A DNA stretch of 64,000 bases, taken from positions 186,001-250,000 of IMG/VR virus record IMGVR_UViG_3300036715_003906; one strand, 5' to 3'. How positions within the stretch are numbered: the stretch's first letter is position 1; every line of letters starts with the position of its first letter. Below are positions 38,172-47,810 of the stretch, piece after piece. The notes beneath the pieces are model-generated. The model saw nothing but the letters and a program-made list of their open reading frames with translations. It did no database searches and was not told the origin of the DNA. A program made the translations under genes and the position numbers.

Positions 38172-38497
38172 CCCTCGAAGGGCTGGTCGTGGAGCGCCCC
38201 GGCCAGCACGAGCAGGTGGGTCACCCACCGCTGAACCTCGACCAGATGGTCGCCCCCGACGTCGCTCAGCGTGATGCCCACGGTCGCCTTGACCATCCCC
38301 TCCCGCACCTCCAGCCGGAGCCACAGGCACTGGTCCTCGTCCGGCTCGGGGTTCGGGGCGCCGACCACCGGGGGGCGGAAGGAGACGCGGGTCGCCTGGT
38401 ATGCCCCCCTGAGCCCCTGGAGGTAGCGGAGGGGCGTGTGCAGGAAGGGGCAGAGGGCGGAGGCTTCGATGACCGTGGTGATGTCGGAGAGGAGCAT
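38168..38497 (-). CDS. Hypothetical protein
   Basis: GGAGG and GGTGTA upstream. Confidence 0.55.
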   Translation of the reverse strand: MLLSDITTVIEASALCPFLHTPLRYLQGLRGAYQATRVSFRPPVVGAPNPEPDEDQCLWLRLEVREGMVKATVGITLSDVGGDHLVEVQRWVTHLLVLAGALHDQPFEG

Positions 38498-38514
38498 GGC
38501 CTCCCCGTACACCG

Positions 38515-39342
38515 CTAGAAACAGGAGTCCGAGCAGGGGCGCTCGCCCAGCTCGGCCGCGTTCAGCACCGGGAGAGACCGGCCCTTCTTCGCGACGTACT
38601 CCGTGATGCTCCCGGGGCGGTTCTTCGTCGAGGAGCGCCAGAGGCCCTCGACGTTCGTGAGGCCCGGCTTGGCCAGGCGCTCCATCTCGACGATGCGGGC
38701 GACCAGGTGATCCGGCAGGGCGTCGATCTCGTGAGGCTTCGACGCCGGGCAGAAGAAGCAGGCCGACTTGGCCGGGACCGGCAGGCCCGCGGCGGCAATC
38801 TGCCGGATGCACTCCTCCCGGTCCCAGCCCCACTCCCGCAGGGGATACCAGTAGCGGTACTCCTTGTCGTCGGTCATCCGCCAGGCCCGGCGCCCGTCCG
38901 CCTTGCCGCTGTCGTAGCCGATCGCCTTCGTCACCTTCTCGCCCCGGGCCCAGGCTTCCTGAGCAGGGGCCCACGCCTTCACCCTCTTGTCCTGCGGGGC
39001 CCGCTTCCACTTGAGCGAGCACGACTTGCGGCCAAAGGCGAGGGACGGGAGGGTCTTGTTGGAGATGCAGTTGCCCTCCAGGGTGCTGTACGGCGCGTTC
39101 TTGAACCGCTTGGGCACGTAGCGGACCACCTCGACCGCAGGGAAGCCCACGCTCCTCAGCCATGCCTGGATCACGGGCAGGTAGGCGTAGGTCTCGGGCT
39201 TCTCGCTGCCCGTGTCGGCCGTCAGGATGAGATCGGGGCGAATGCCCCGTTGCCAGAGGCCCACGAGCATGGCGGTCGAATCGACCCCCAGGCCATAGGC
39301 GATCACGAGAGGGGCCACGGGGGGTGCGGAGGGGGTATCCAT
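38515..39342 (-). CDS. PAPS-reductase-like (PP-loop) protein
   Basis: AYGLGVDS, ADTGSE, YPLREWGW, KSACFFCP. Confidence 0.82.
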   Translation of the reverse strand: MDTPSAPPVAPLVIAYGLGVDSTAMLVGLWQRGIRPDLILTADTGSEKPETYAYLPVIQAWLRSVGFPAVEVVRYVPKRFKNAPYSTLEGNCISNKTLPSLAFGRKSCSLKWKRAPQDKRVKAWAPAQEAWARGEKVTKAIGYDSGKADGRRAWRMTDDKEYRYWYPLREWGWDREECIRQIAAAGLPVPAKSACFFCPASKPHEIDALPDHLVARIVEMERLAKPGLTNVEGLWRSSTKNRPGSITEYVAKKGRSLPVLNAAELGERPCSDSCF

Positions 39343-39397
39343 GCGGGTCTCCAGGGGGATAAATGCTTCGGGCCGCTCATCGCGGCCCGGGGGTGAA

Positions 39398-40165
39398 TCA
39401 GCAAGCGATCTCTTCGAGGTAGGTGTCGAGGAGATCCAGCTCGCGTTCGAGGGGGTTGTGCAACGGGGCCATCTGCCAGTCGAGGTGCTCGCGCTCCCCG
39501 ATATCGCAGGGGTTTTCGAGGTCGGGTGACGTGGCGAGGATGTCCGCTTCCATCACCTCACGGACTTCAGCGAGGCGGCCCGCGAAGGGGGCGGGAGCGA
39601 CGAGGGAGGTCTTCATGCCGCTACTACGCAGACCCCCCTCGGGCCCGATCGCGCGGATCGAGCACTTGCTCCCTTCCCGGCCCGTCACACGCCATTTCCG
39701 GCCCCCCGCCGGGTAGCGCGCCCCGCCCCCGGTGACGATGGTCTGGTTCGTCTCGACGACCTTCCCGACCATGTCCTTGGCCCTCTTGAGCTTGCGGTAG
39801 CGCTCCCGGCCCGCCCGGGTCGAGACCCGCTTCGGAGGCGCCGGGGGTGGGCCCTCGTGACGGGGCTGGAGCCACCCTTCGACGAACGCCTCCGCGGGCA
39901 GGAGCAGGGTGGCCCAGGTGGCGTACTTCTCCCGGGTACGGAGGTCGACAAGGAAGGGCTTGTCATCGCCCTTCTGGTAGGCACTCACGTTGAGGATCTC
40001 GCCCCTGAGCTGGCCGACCTCGGCCTGGCACCGGGCAGCCTCCCGGGCGATGACGGCGTCGTGGTCGGGCTCCCGCCGGAGCATGTGTAGGCGGGCCTCG
40101 TGGACGCGCCAGGAGGACTTGTGGAGCCCCGTCACCTCGACGTGGTTCGAGCCCACCTTGGTCAC
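39398..40165 (-). CDS. Hypothetical, probably two genes fused (internal start 39616)
   Basis: Internal GCGTAGTAG -10 box just before MKTSLV. Confidence 0.45.
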   Translation of the reverse strand: MTKVGSNHVEVTGLHKSSWRVHEARLHMLRREPDHDAVIAREAARCQAEVGQLRGEILNVSAYQKGDDKPFLVDLRTREKYATWATLLLPAEAFVEGWLQPRHEGPPPAPPKRVSTRAGRERYRKLKRAKDMVGKVVETNQTIVTGGGARYPAGGRKWRVTGREGSKCSIRAIGPEGGLRSSGMKTSLVAPAPFAGRLAEVREVMEADILATSPDLENPCDIGEREHLDWQMAPLHNPLERELDLLDTYLEEIAC

Positions 40166-40276
40166 GCAGACCAGGCTCTCCCCCTCCTTACGGGTACCCG
40201 TACCACTCTCCGATGTCGGGGGGCGCGTCCCCCTCCAGGACCTCCGCGCTCCCGACCGGGACGATCTCCGTGTCGC

Positions 40277-40693
40277 TCATGGAAGGACCCCCTGGGCCCG
40301 GAGCTTCGCCACGCCCGCCGGGGTGGTCATGGCGTGATGGTTGACCGTGGTGACGTAACCGAGGTCCCGCAGGGTATGCACGATCCCGTAGGCGGACCTG
40401 GGCCCGTTGCTCTTGTCGTCGTAGCGGTAGGCGTAGCCCTGGGGGCTGGCCGCTTTCGTCAGGATGTCGAGGTCCTTGCCCTTGAGGGGCATGGAGCGGC
40501 CGTAGGCTCGCCGGGCCGCCCGCAACTTCTCCGATGCCTTCCGTAACGGGTCCTCCAGCGCCCTCTTCTGAGCATTGGCTTTCTCGAGGACATCCTCGAT
40601 CTCCTCGCGAGCTATCTCGTGGGCTTCCGTCTCCGCTTTGGCTGCGGCAACGGCCGCAGCCAGGCGCACTTCTTCGTCGGTCTTCTTGGCCAT
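40277..40693 (-). CDS. Hypothetical protein (coiled coil plus wHTH-like end)
   Basis: TTGATT-type promoter and AGGAG RBS. Confidence 0.65.
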   Translation of the reverse strand: MAKKTDEEVRLAAAVAAAKAETEAHEIAREEIEDVLEKANAQKRALEDPLRKASEKLRAARRAYGRSMPLKGKDLDILTKAASPQGYAYRYDDKSNGPRSAYGIVHTLRDLGYVTTVNHHAMTTPAGVAKLRAQGVLP

Positions 40694-40736
40694 GGTGGGT
40701 CTCCTGCCCCTCCTACGCGGGGGGGGGTCGTGGGAA

Positions 40737-41225
40737 TCAAAACGGAAGGATCTGCCCGTGCTCGGCGGTGGACGTCACGAGCCCGGCGGCCTTGAGCCCG
40801 TCCATGAGCCGCTCGGCCTCCTCGTCCGGGCCGGGGGCGTCGAGGTCCCAGAGGTTCAGGACGTCCCAGAGGTCCCGATCGGCCCCGATGAGAAAGACGA
40901 TGGTCTGGATGGTGCAGGGCCGGAAGGTGCGCCAGGAGAGGACCCGGGCCTCGGGCTTCGTCAGGGCCGACTCGGGCCCGAGAAGGGCCTCTTCGACCTT
41001 CGCCTCCGCCCGGTGCATGACCTTCCCTCGCTCGATGTCCGGGCAGGCGCTCCGGCGGACATCCCGGCGAATCTCTCCGCTCAGGGTACGCGATCCTCCG
41101 TACCCTGAGCGGTCGCAGACGTCGTACAAGGTCCCGAGTTCGATGTCCGGGCACAGGGACCGGATCTCGCGGACGTATTCGTGGATGGCGCGCAGGCCGG
41201 CGAGGTCGTCGGGGGAGAGGCTCAT
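40737..41225 (-). CDS. Hypothetical protein
   Basis: GC3-biased ORF. Confidence 0.55.
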   Translation of the reverse strand: MSLSPDDLAGLRAIHEYVREIRSLCPDIELGTLYDVCDRSGYGGSRTLSGEIRRDVRRSACPDIERGKVMHRAEAKVEEALLGPESALTKPEARVLSWRTFRPCTIQTIVFLIGADRDLWDVLNLWDLDAPGPDEEAERLMDGLKAAGLVTSTAEHGQILPF

Positions 41226-41241
41226 GCCCCCCGCAACACCA

Positions 41242-41547
41242 TCAGTTCAGCGCGGACTGGAGGGCGAGCTTCTTGAGGGCGCGGACGAGCCGGGCCCCGA
41301 CGCCCACGCTCTCCGTGACCCGCCCCTCGGCCCCGGCCATCTCGGTCTCGATCTTCACGCGGAAGCAGGGGACCAGGGCCGAGAGACCTCCGGTGAGGGT
41401 GAGGACCCAGGTGACGCCCGGCCAGGGTGTGAGGGTGATGTCCGCGGTCTCCCCGCGCCCCACGGGCGCAAGGAGGGGCCCGAGGTCGGTCTGGTGGTAG
41501 GGGCCGAGGTGCTCGGAGAGGGCGAGGGTGAGCTGTTCTAGCCTCAT
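41242..41547 (-). CDS. Hypothetical protein
   Basis: GAGG RBS. Confidence 0.55.
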   Translation of the reverse strand: MRLEQLTLALSEHLGPYHQTDLGPLLAPVGRGETADITLTPWPGVTWVLTLTGGLSALVPCFRVKIETEMAGAEGRVTESVGVGARLVRALKKLALQSALN

Positions 41548-41575
41548 GCCTCACCAGACGCCGAACGGAGGACTC

Positions 41576-41914
41576 TCACGTCGGGTAGACGAGACGGAGG
41601 TCCCGGGCGAGGAGGAAGCGAGCCACGAGGCCGAGGTCACCCTGCCGGCCGCCGCGGAGCTGGCGGTAGTGGCCGAGGGCCGTCCGGGCATCCTCGTTGC
41701 CCTTGCCGTTCCACGGGTCCTCGTCGACCCTCTCCTGGAGCTGGCGGAGGACCGACTCGCCGTCCACGAGGACGACCTCGCCCCGCTTCCTCGGCCCGAT
41801 CCGGGCCGAACCGGTGAAGGCGATCGGGGGCTGTTGACGCCACACCCTGAGGACGGGCCAGGAGGAGACGGGGGAGGAGGGGGTGCGGACCTTGGCGATG
41901 GTCGAGGGGGTCAT
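41576..41914 (-). CDS. Hypothetical early protein
   Basis: Leaderless TTGATT-type promoter. Confidence 0.6.
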   Translation of the reverse strand: MTPSTIAKVRTPSSPVSSWPVLRVWRQQPPIAFTGSARIGPRKRGEVVLVDGESVLRQLQERVDEDPWNGKGNEDARTALGHYRQLRGGRQGDLGLVARFLLARDLRLVYPT

Positions 41915-41957
41915 GAGCCTCCTACGCAGCGCCCTCCCCGGAATCAAAACCGAATCG

Positions 41958-42593
41958 TCACCCGTCAAGCCAGCCCTTCACGTCCGCGTCGAGCATGGGG
42001 GTCCCCCGGCCCCGCAGGGTCATCATGAAGCGGTCCCCCTCGGGCACCGTGGCCCAGATCTCCCGCGCCTTCTCGACGTTCCCCAGGGCGACCAGCTCGG
42101 TCAAGAGACCCGCCTTGTGCTTGAGGGCGACGCGCTCCCGCTCGGGCATCGTGACCGCAAGCCGGCGCCGGGTCTTGCCGGGGGTCAGGGGGCCGGGTTG
42201 GGTGATGTTCTGCTTCGTGAACCGGACCTTGGGCATGGCGGAGTCGTCGGGCGTCACGATCACGCTGACCGCGAACTTGCCGGGGTCCTGGGCCTTGGCC
42301 CAGATGACATGGAGGGTGCCCGGGGGGGCCAGGGGGATGCAGGCGTTGATCGCTTGCTGGACGACCCCCGCGGCCCCCACGAGAGCCGGCCGGACCTGAC
42401 GCATCTTGGGGTCCCGGCGAGTGAACTCCGGAGCACCCCCGAGCCGGGCCGACCACGCCACCTCGGCATCGAAGAGACCCAGGCTTTTGACCTTCTTCGA
42501 TGGGACTGAGCCAGGGGTGAACCGCACCACGCGGCCCTTCGTGTCGGTGTTTGCCTCCGGATCGAGACCCGGGATGGTTTGTGCGATTTTCAT
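41958..42593 (-). CDS. Hypothetical protein
   Basis: GGTGTA motif 10 nt before ATG. Confidence 0.65.
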   Translation of the reverse strand: MKIAQTIPGLDPEANTDTKGRVVRFTPGSVPSKKVKSLGLFDAEVAWSARLGGAPEFTRRDPKMRQVRPALVGAAGVVQQAINACIPLAPPGTLHVIWAKAQDPGKFAVSVIVTPDDSAMPKVRFTKQNITQPGPLTPGKTRRRLAVTMPERERVALKHKAGLLTELVALGNVEKAREIWATVPEGDRFMMTLRGRGTPMLDADVKGWLDG

Positions 42594-42746
42594 GCACTCT
42601 CTTTACACCGGACCGAGTGCTGTCCCTGCTAGTCGAGCCCAGGAGGGGCCCCCCCTCGTAGTACGTAGGCCCCGAGGGCCAGCCCTCTTGTGCGCACTGC
42701 CCCCAGGGGCAATGCCTTAGGATCGGGGGGCCCCTTCCGGGCTCGA

Positions 42747-43712
42747 CTAGAAGCTCACCATCCTCGTGCCCACCGATACGGTGAGCTGCCGGCACCCTTC
42801 GACGTCCGGGACAAGGAAGCGGGGGAACCCGTCCGCCAGCGTCTTGAAGTTCGGCCACACCCGGGGGCGCACGTACACGACCTCGCTGAGCGGTCCCGTG
42901 ACCCAGCGGCCGTCCACGAAGATGATGTACCGGAAGGCGAACACCCCCAGGTAGGGCCCGGAGTTCGTGCTCACGCGCCCGCTGGTCGTCACGCGCTTTT
43001 TGCTGCCGATGTAATAGCGCAGGGTGGTCAGCCTCTCCCCGCGCACGTCCTGGATCGTCACGTAGTCGAACCAGGGCGCGAAGACGTCGGCCACGCTCAG
43101 GGTGAAGTGCCCGCCGAAGGGGAGCCGGTCAAACGGCCCGTCGGGCACCACCGACCACTCCGTGGGCCGCGGGACGTCCCCGACGCGCGGACCCCCGGAC
43201 CCACCCCCGCCCCCGCGCGTACCCCCCAGGCCCTCGCCCCCGAAGGAGGCCCAGGGCGTCGGGTGGTAGAACCCCCGGGGCATCTTCACGTACCCGTCCT
43301 TCGGGGTCTTGCTCCGGTGGGTGGGACGGTAGCGCAGCATCTCCACCCGGGTACGGAGCGTGTCGTCCAGGCGGTACTTCTCCGGTAGCCCTTCGATCGC
43401 CACCTCGACCTGGCCGAAGCACAGCAGCTCCTGGTTCGACCGAGTCTTGCCCGGGGTCTCCGTCGTTACCTTGGCCCTCACGCGGGGCTGAGGAAGCAGC
43501 CAGGACGGCGCCGACACCAGGCGCCCCTCGGCCTGGGTCATCCGCCCGTCGAGGTCCGTCACGGCCCCTTGCAGGGCCGTCACCTGGGGCTCCAGGGCCG
43601 TCACCCGATCGCCCAGCGCCCCGACCTCCGTGGCGATCGGGGTCACCTCCCCGCCCAGGTCGTCGACCTTCTGGAAGAGCGTCCCGAACCCGTCCTTCTG
43701 GAAGTCGCTCAT
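42747..43712 (-). CDS. Coiled-coil/beta protein, likely virion-associated
   Basis: Heptad RVTALE...LDGRMT N-terminus. Confidence 0.6.
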   Translation of the reverse strand: MSDFQKDGFGTLFQKVDDLGGEVTPIATEVGALGDRVTALEPQVTALQGAVTDLDGRMTQAEGRLVSAPSWLLPQPRVRAKVTTETPGKTRSNQELLCFGQVEVAIEGLPEKYRLDDTLRTRVEMLRYRPTHRSKTPKDGYVKMPRGFYHPTPWASFGGEGLGGTRGGGGGSGGPRVGDVPRPTEWSVVPDGPFDRLPFGGHFTLSVADVFAPWFDYVTIQDVRGERLTTLRYYIGSKKRVTTSGRVSTNSGPYLGVFAFRYIIFVDGRWVTGPLSEVVYVRPRVWPNFKTLADGFPRFLVPDVEGCRQLTVSVGTRMVSF

Positions 43713-44152
43713 CCGACCCTCACCAGGAAGCGCTGGGTCGCCGGGGTCGTATTCACCAGCGTCAGCGTGGTAAACGTATCATTCTGCGACATATCGTAGG
43801 TCCCCTGTGCGTCAACCCAGACCCCGTTGCCGCGCTTGAGCACCACCACGGTCGGGGGGTAGTGCAGGTCGTGCTGGATCGTGAGCGTGTTGCCCGGGCC
43901 AGGGAAGGCCGCGAGGTCCGCGAGGTCGTGGAGCTGGACGACCCCCGCGTCACAGAACTTGCGCAAATCCCCGCGTCGGACGCTGCGCAGGACCTCCGTC
44001 GTGTCGGGCAGGTACACGAAGGCTCCCGGGCCGATGTACACGTCCTCCCCACGCCGGCCTTCCGTCTGTGCTTGCGCGACAGTACGCAGGTCCTTCAGGT
44101 AGACCCTCGCCGGTGAAAGATTGGTGACCCGCATACAAGGCTGAGGGTCCAC
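43709..44152 (-). CDS. Probable virion structural protein
   Basis: TIQHDLHYPPTVVV motif typical of tail-associated domains. Confidence 0.55.
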   Translation of the reverse strand: MDPQPCMRVTNLSPARVYLKDLRTVAQAQTEGRRGEDVYIGPGAFVYLPDTTEVLRSVRRGDLRKFCDAGVVQLHDLADLAAFPGPGNTLTIQHDLHYPPTVVVLKRGNGVWVDAQGTYDMSQNDTFTTLTLVNTTPATQRFLVRVG

Positions 44153-44538
44153 AAGTAGATCACAGGAATGCCACGGTCATGTGGCATCCCGTCACAGGGG
44201 ATCGTCGACCAGGGGCCTCCAGCAGAGGGGGCGCAGGGTCCGCTCGAACCGCAGGAGGAGGTCGGCGTACTCCTCGGTCTCCTGCCTCTCCAGGATGAGC
44301 GACGGAAGCTCCCCCGCGAAGCTGCCCCTCCCTCACCAGCAGGGTGACCTTGAGCACGGCCTGCCCCCGGATCTCCAGCTCGAAGGACAGGTCCGCCTCC
44401 CGGAACTCCCGGAGCCCGATCGCCAGGATTTTCTGACACCCCGGGGGGACGAAGGCCCCGAGCGGGGAGTCCGGGGCCTTCGCGGCGAGGAGGGCAGAGA
44501 GGGGGACGGGTTCCATGCCCTCTCTCTACCCCGGGACG

Positions 44539-45375
44539 TCACATGCACCAGCCGCCAATCTTGCCCGAAGGCTGCTCCCCGGCCTCGACGGCCTGCTTGA
44601 TCGTGTAGATCGGCAGGCTCTTTTTGAAGGTGTGCCCGATCTCCGCCTCGACCTCGACGTACTGGTCGAGCAGGGCCCGGTTGTGGTGCCCAGCCAGCAG
44701 CAGGGCGTCCCGGCTGGCCAGGACGCAGAAGCAGCAGGACAGCCGGGGCATCCCGAGGTCGTAGGCCCGGTGGTAGGGGACGCCGCTCGCCTTGATACAG
44801 GCCCACACCTGGGTCGTGGTCCAGCGGAAGATCGGGAACAGGGTGTCGACGCGGCGGCGGCCGTTGGAGGCCATGGCGTCCTCCTGGAAGGGCACCTTCT
44901 GCGCCCGGGCGGGGCTCTCGTCGGCCCGGATGCCCATGCAGTTGAGGATGCGCGCCTGGTAGCCCTTGCCCCGCTGGGCTCGGACCTCGTCGGCAAGCTG
45001 GGTCAGGACCTTGTGGACCTGTCCGCGCTTGTGGTCCGACGTGCAGTAGCGGGCCTCCGACGAGGGCCACATCTTCCGCTGGCGGACGTGGTCGAGGAGG
45101 TCCCCCTGGGGCCGGCTCACTTTGACGAAGCGGAGGCCGTAGTGCTTCGCTTGCTCCTCGGCGAGTTCCGCGGTCCCGGCCCACTCCACCCGGCCGAGGT
45201 CGCAGTGAACCACGACCAGGCGGCTCTCGATCCCGAGGCGGCGGCAGACCTCGACCATCAGGGTCAGCAGGGCCTGCGAATCCTTGCCGGCCGAGCTGTT
45301 CACCACGATCTTGTCGTAGGACCGCAGGTCGCGGGGCAGGATGATCGGGGAGGCAAGGAGGTTGAGCTGGACCAT
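44539..45375 (-). CDS. PAPS-reductase family protein
   Basis: NSSAGKDS, RYCTSDHK, GIRADES.AR, RLSCCFC. Confidence 0.88.
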   Translation of the reverse strand: MVQLNLLASPIILPRDLRSYDKIVVNSSAGKDSQALLTLMVEVCRRLGIESRLVVVHCDLGRVEWAGTAELAEEQAKHYGLRFVKVSRPQGDLLDHVRQRKMWPSSEARYCTSDHKRGQVHKVLTQLADEVRAQRGKGYQARILNCMGIRADESPARAQKVPFQEDAMASNGRRRVDTLFPIFRWTTTQVWACIKASGVPYHRAYDLGMPRLSCCFCVLASRDALLLAGHHNRALLDQYVEVEAEIGHTFKKSLPIYTIKQAVEAGEQPSGKIGGWCM

Positions 45376-45415
45376 GGGGCTACTACGCGCGCCCCCGGCC
45401 CGAATCAAAACTGGC

Positions 45416-45883
45416 TCAGGTCGATTCTTCCGGGAGGGGGGTCATGGTCCAGAGGGGCTCGACGACCAGGCACCCCTCGACGACCCGGACCCGGTCCATC
45501 AGCTCCAGGGGGTCCGCGATCGGCCAGGGGTCCGCCATCGTGACCTGGTGGGTGCTGAGCCAGATGACTGCCCCCAGGTTCGCCGCCCGGACCCGCTTCT
45601 CCACTTCGTCCGTGGGGAGGGCCGGGTCGAAGATGGCGAGGACGATGCAGCTCGCCAGCAGCGCCCCCTCGACCCGGTAGACCCGGGCGACCCAGCCCGC
45701 CCGCGAGGCGTCCTTCTCGTCCACCAGGTAGAAGCCCTGCTCCGTCATGTCGGCGCTCTCCTCGCCCGCGGGCCAGGGTAGCCGCGGGACCGCCATGGGC
45801 GGCTCCTCCAGCGTCATCAGGACGCCCTCGACCCTCTCCACCTCGATCGGGACACCCTGCGAGCCTGTGTAGGGTCGTTTCAT
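45416..45883 (-). CDS. Hypothetical protein
   Basis: GGTGTA motif 10 nt before ATG. Confidence 0.6.
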   Translation of the reverse strand: MKRPYTGSQGVPIEVERVEGVLMTLEEPPMAVPRLPWPAGEESADMTEQGFYLVDEKDASRAGWVARVYRVEGALLASCIVLAIFDPALPTDEVEKRVRAANLGAVIWLSTHQVTMADPWPIADPLELMDRVRVVEGCLVVEPLWTMTPLPEEST

Positions 45884-46339
45884 GGGCGGGACGTACACCG
45901 TTCGGCGATCGAGAGCGGGCCCTCCCAGTACGCGATCTGCTTGGTCATGCCCCGCAGGGGGCACCCGATCGGGTGATCCCCCGCGACGGAAAGCGAAGGG
46001 TCCTGGATTCCGCAGTGCAGGCAGGCCCGGTAGGGGTTGGTCCCCGGAGGGCGCCATCGCGCCTCCTCGATCCGCCTCCGGGGGCGGTAGATTCTTCGCT
46101 GAATCCTCTCGTCCCGGGGAATGTGGTTCGAGCGCATGGGGCTACCCGGCGCACAGGGCCCGGCTGCGCCGGCGGTCAGCCCGGCGGGTGACCTTCTTGG
46201 CCCACCGGCGGTTCTGGGGGGTGGGGCTCGTGAAGGGCTCGAAGAAGTCGTGCCCGCGGAAGGAGCGGCACGCCTGGCAGGCCCGGAGGGCCTGGTTCAG
46301 TGCTTTCATGGGAGGGTTCCTGGTAGGGGGGTAGGGGGA

Positions 46340-46594
46340 TCAGAAGCTGGCCAGGAAAGCGGCCCACTCGGGGGGCGTGTCGTGGACCTCGGCCTGGCGG
46401 ACCGCGTCGAGCGCCACCTCGATGTCCCAGAAGCGGGCCGAGAGTTGCCCCCGGAGGCGCCAGGCCAGCGGGCCGGTGGCGCCTCGGAGGACTTCCTCCA
46501 TATCCTGGGTCTGGGCCTGCTCCGTCTGGAGCTGGGCGAGGGGGGCGAAGAAGAAGAGGCGGTCGAGGAGGGGGGTGGAGGCGTCAGCGTGCAT
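46340..46594 (-). CDS. Hypothetical early protein
   Basis: Leaderless TTGATT-type promoter. Confidence 0.6.
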   Translation of the reverse strand: MHADASTPLLDRLFFFAPLAQLQTEQAQTQDMEEVLRGATGPLAWRLRGQLSARFWDIEVALDAVRQAEVHDTPPEWAAFLASF

Positions 46595-46601
46595 GGGGGT
46601 A

Positions 46602-47327
46602 CTACGCGGGGGCACCCTGCGAATCAAACGAGGGACCGCACGATTCTTCCACCCGGGCTCCCGGGGTGCGCCAGACGAGGCCGTCGGGAACGCAGGCGTC
46701 GATCAGCTCCTGGCGCCACCGGAGGGCATAATCGAGGCAGTTGTTGCAGTGTTTGTGCCCCCGGGGGCGGCGAGGCCCGGGCAGTTCGTGACCGGGGAGC
46801 GGGGGGTGGTGGGTTGCCGACTCGGACCAGGCGAGGGAGTCCGAGGAGGCCATGACGTCGTAGGCGGCGCGGACCCCGTCCTTCTTGAACCCGAAGCCGT
46901 GGACCTTGAGCCCGTGGACGTCGTGAAGGTTCCGCATCAGCAGCTCGGCGGTGAACATCGCCTGCCGGCGGCAGACCGACCCGACGCCGACCAGGGGGAG
47001 CTTCGCGAGGTGGACGCCGGCCTTCTCGTACATCTCGATGGGGTCGTAGTAGTCCGGCCGGGCCCACCCCTGGAGCGTCGGGACCCATGGGACCTCGGGG
47101 GCGCGGCTCAGCAGCTCGACGTAGCTGAGGACCGATCGGACCTGGTGCTCCTTCACGGACATACCGGTCCGCTCCAGCATGATCGGCTCACACATCCAAT
47201 CCTGAGTCGCGGCCCATCGCAGGTTGCCGATGTCCCTCATGTACCGGCGGACGCGGTCCGCGTAGTCCTGGGGCGGCATGGTCCAGCGGCCGAAGAGCCC
47301 CAGCTCCGTGAAGCCGCACCGGCTCAT
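46602..47327 (-). CDS. TGT-fold (DpdA-like) protein, N-terminus apparently truncated
   Basis: GFTEL, QDWMCEP, PTLQG, GVGSVCRRQ, HGFGFK, SSDSLAWS. Confidence 0.65.
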   Translation of the reverse strand: MSRCGFTELGLFGRWTMPPQDYADRVRRYMRDIGNLRWAATQDWMCEPIMLERTGMSVKEHQVRSVLSYVELLSRAPEVPWVPTLQGWARPDYYDPIEMYEKAGVHLAKLPLVGVGSVCRRQAMFTAELLMRNLHDVHGLKVHGFGFKKDGVRAAYDVMASSDSLAWSESATHHPPLPGHELPGPRRPRGHKHCNNCLDYALRWRQELIDACVPDGLVWRTPGARVEESCGPSFDSQGAPA

Positions 47328-47775
47328 CGACGACTCTCTCTTGACCCAGGCGGCCTACCTGGCTGCCGACAGAGAGTGCGCCCAGGGGGGCGACTACGAG
47401 ACGGTCACAGGGGCCGCGGAGCGGGCCGCCGAGCGCCAGGCGGACCTCTGGGCCGTCTACCTCGAGGACGTCTCCCGGGGCGCGGTGTAGAGTGCGGGCA
47501 TGACCCCTTCCCCGGTGACCGCCATGTGACCCCCAAAGGAGGGGGCTCTCATGGCCCAGGTTGTTACGAAAAGCGCCCGGATGGGCGTTCGGTACGGGTC
47601 CGGTCGTGCCCGTCACATGACCGCCCTCAAGCGCTTCGCCCACCGGGCCGAGCGGCGCGAGCGGCGGACCTGGGTGCGGCTGGTGACGGAGGGCCGGGAG
47701 GACCTCTTGTCGGTCTGCCCCGAGCGGGTCCGGGTGACGAGCTGGGAGACCCGCTAGAGAAAATCGATCGGGGGC

Positions 47776-47806
47776 TTTTGATCCCGAGGGGGGCGCTGCG
47801 TAGTAG
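47776..47806 (+). promoter_or_regulatory. TTGATY-N17-TAGTAG promoter (representative of 13 copies)
   Basis: Also + 48013, 48717, 49266, 49753, 51642, 60131 and - 26790, 33685, 40712, 41919, 45380, 46600. Confidence 0.85.
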
Positions 47807-47810
47807 CTCC

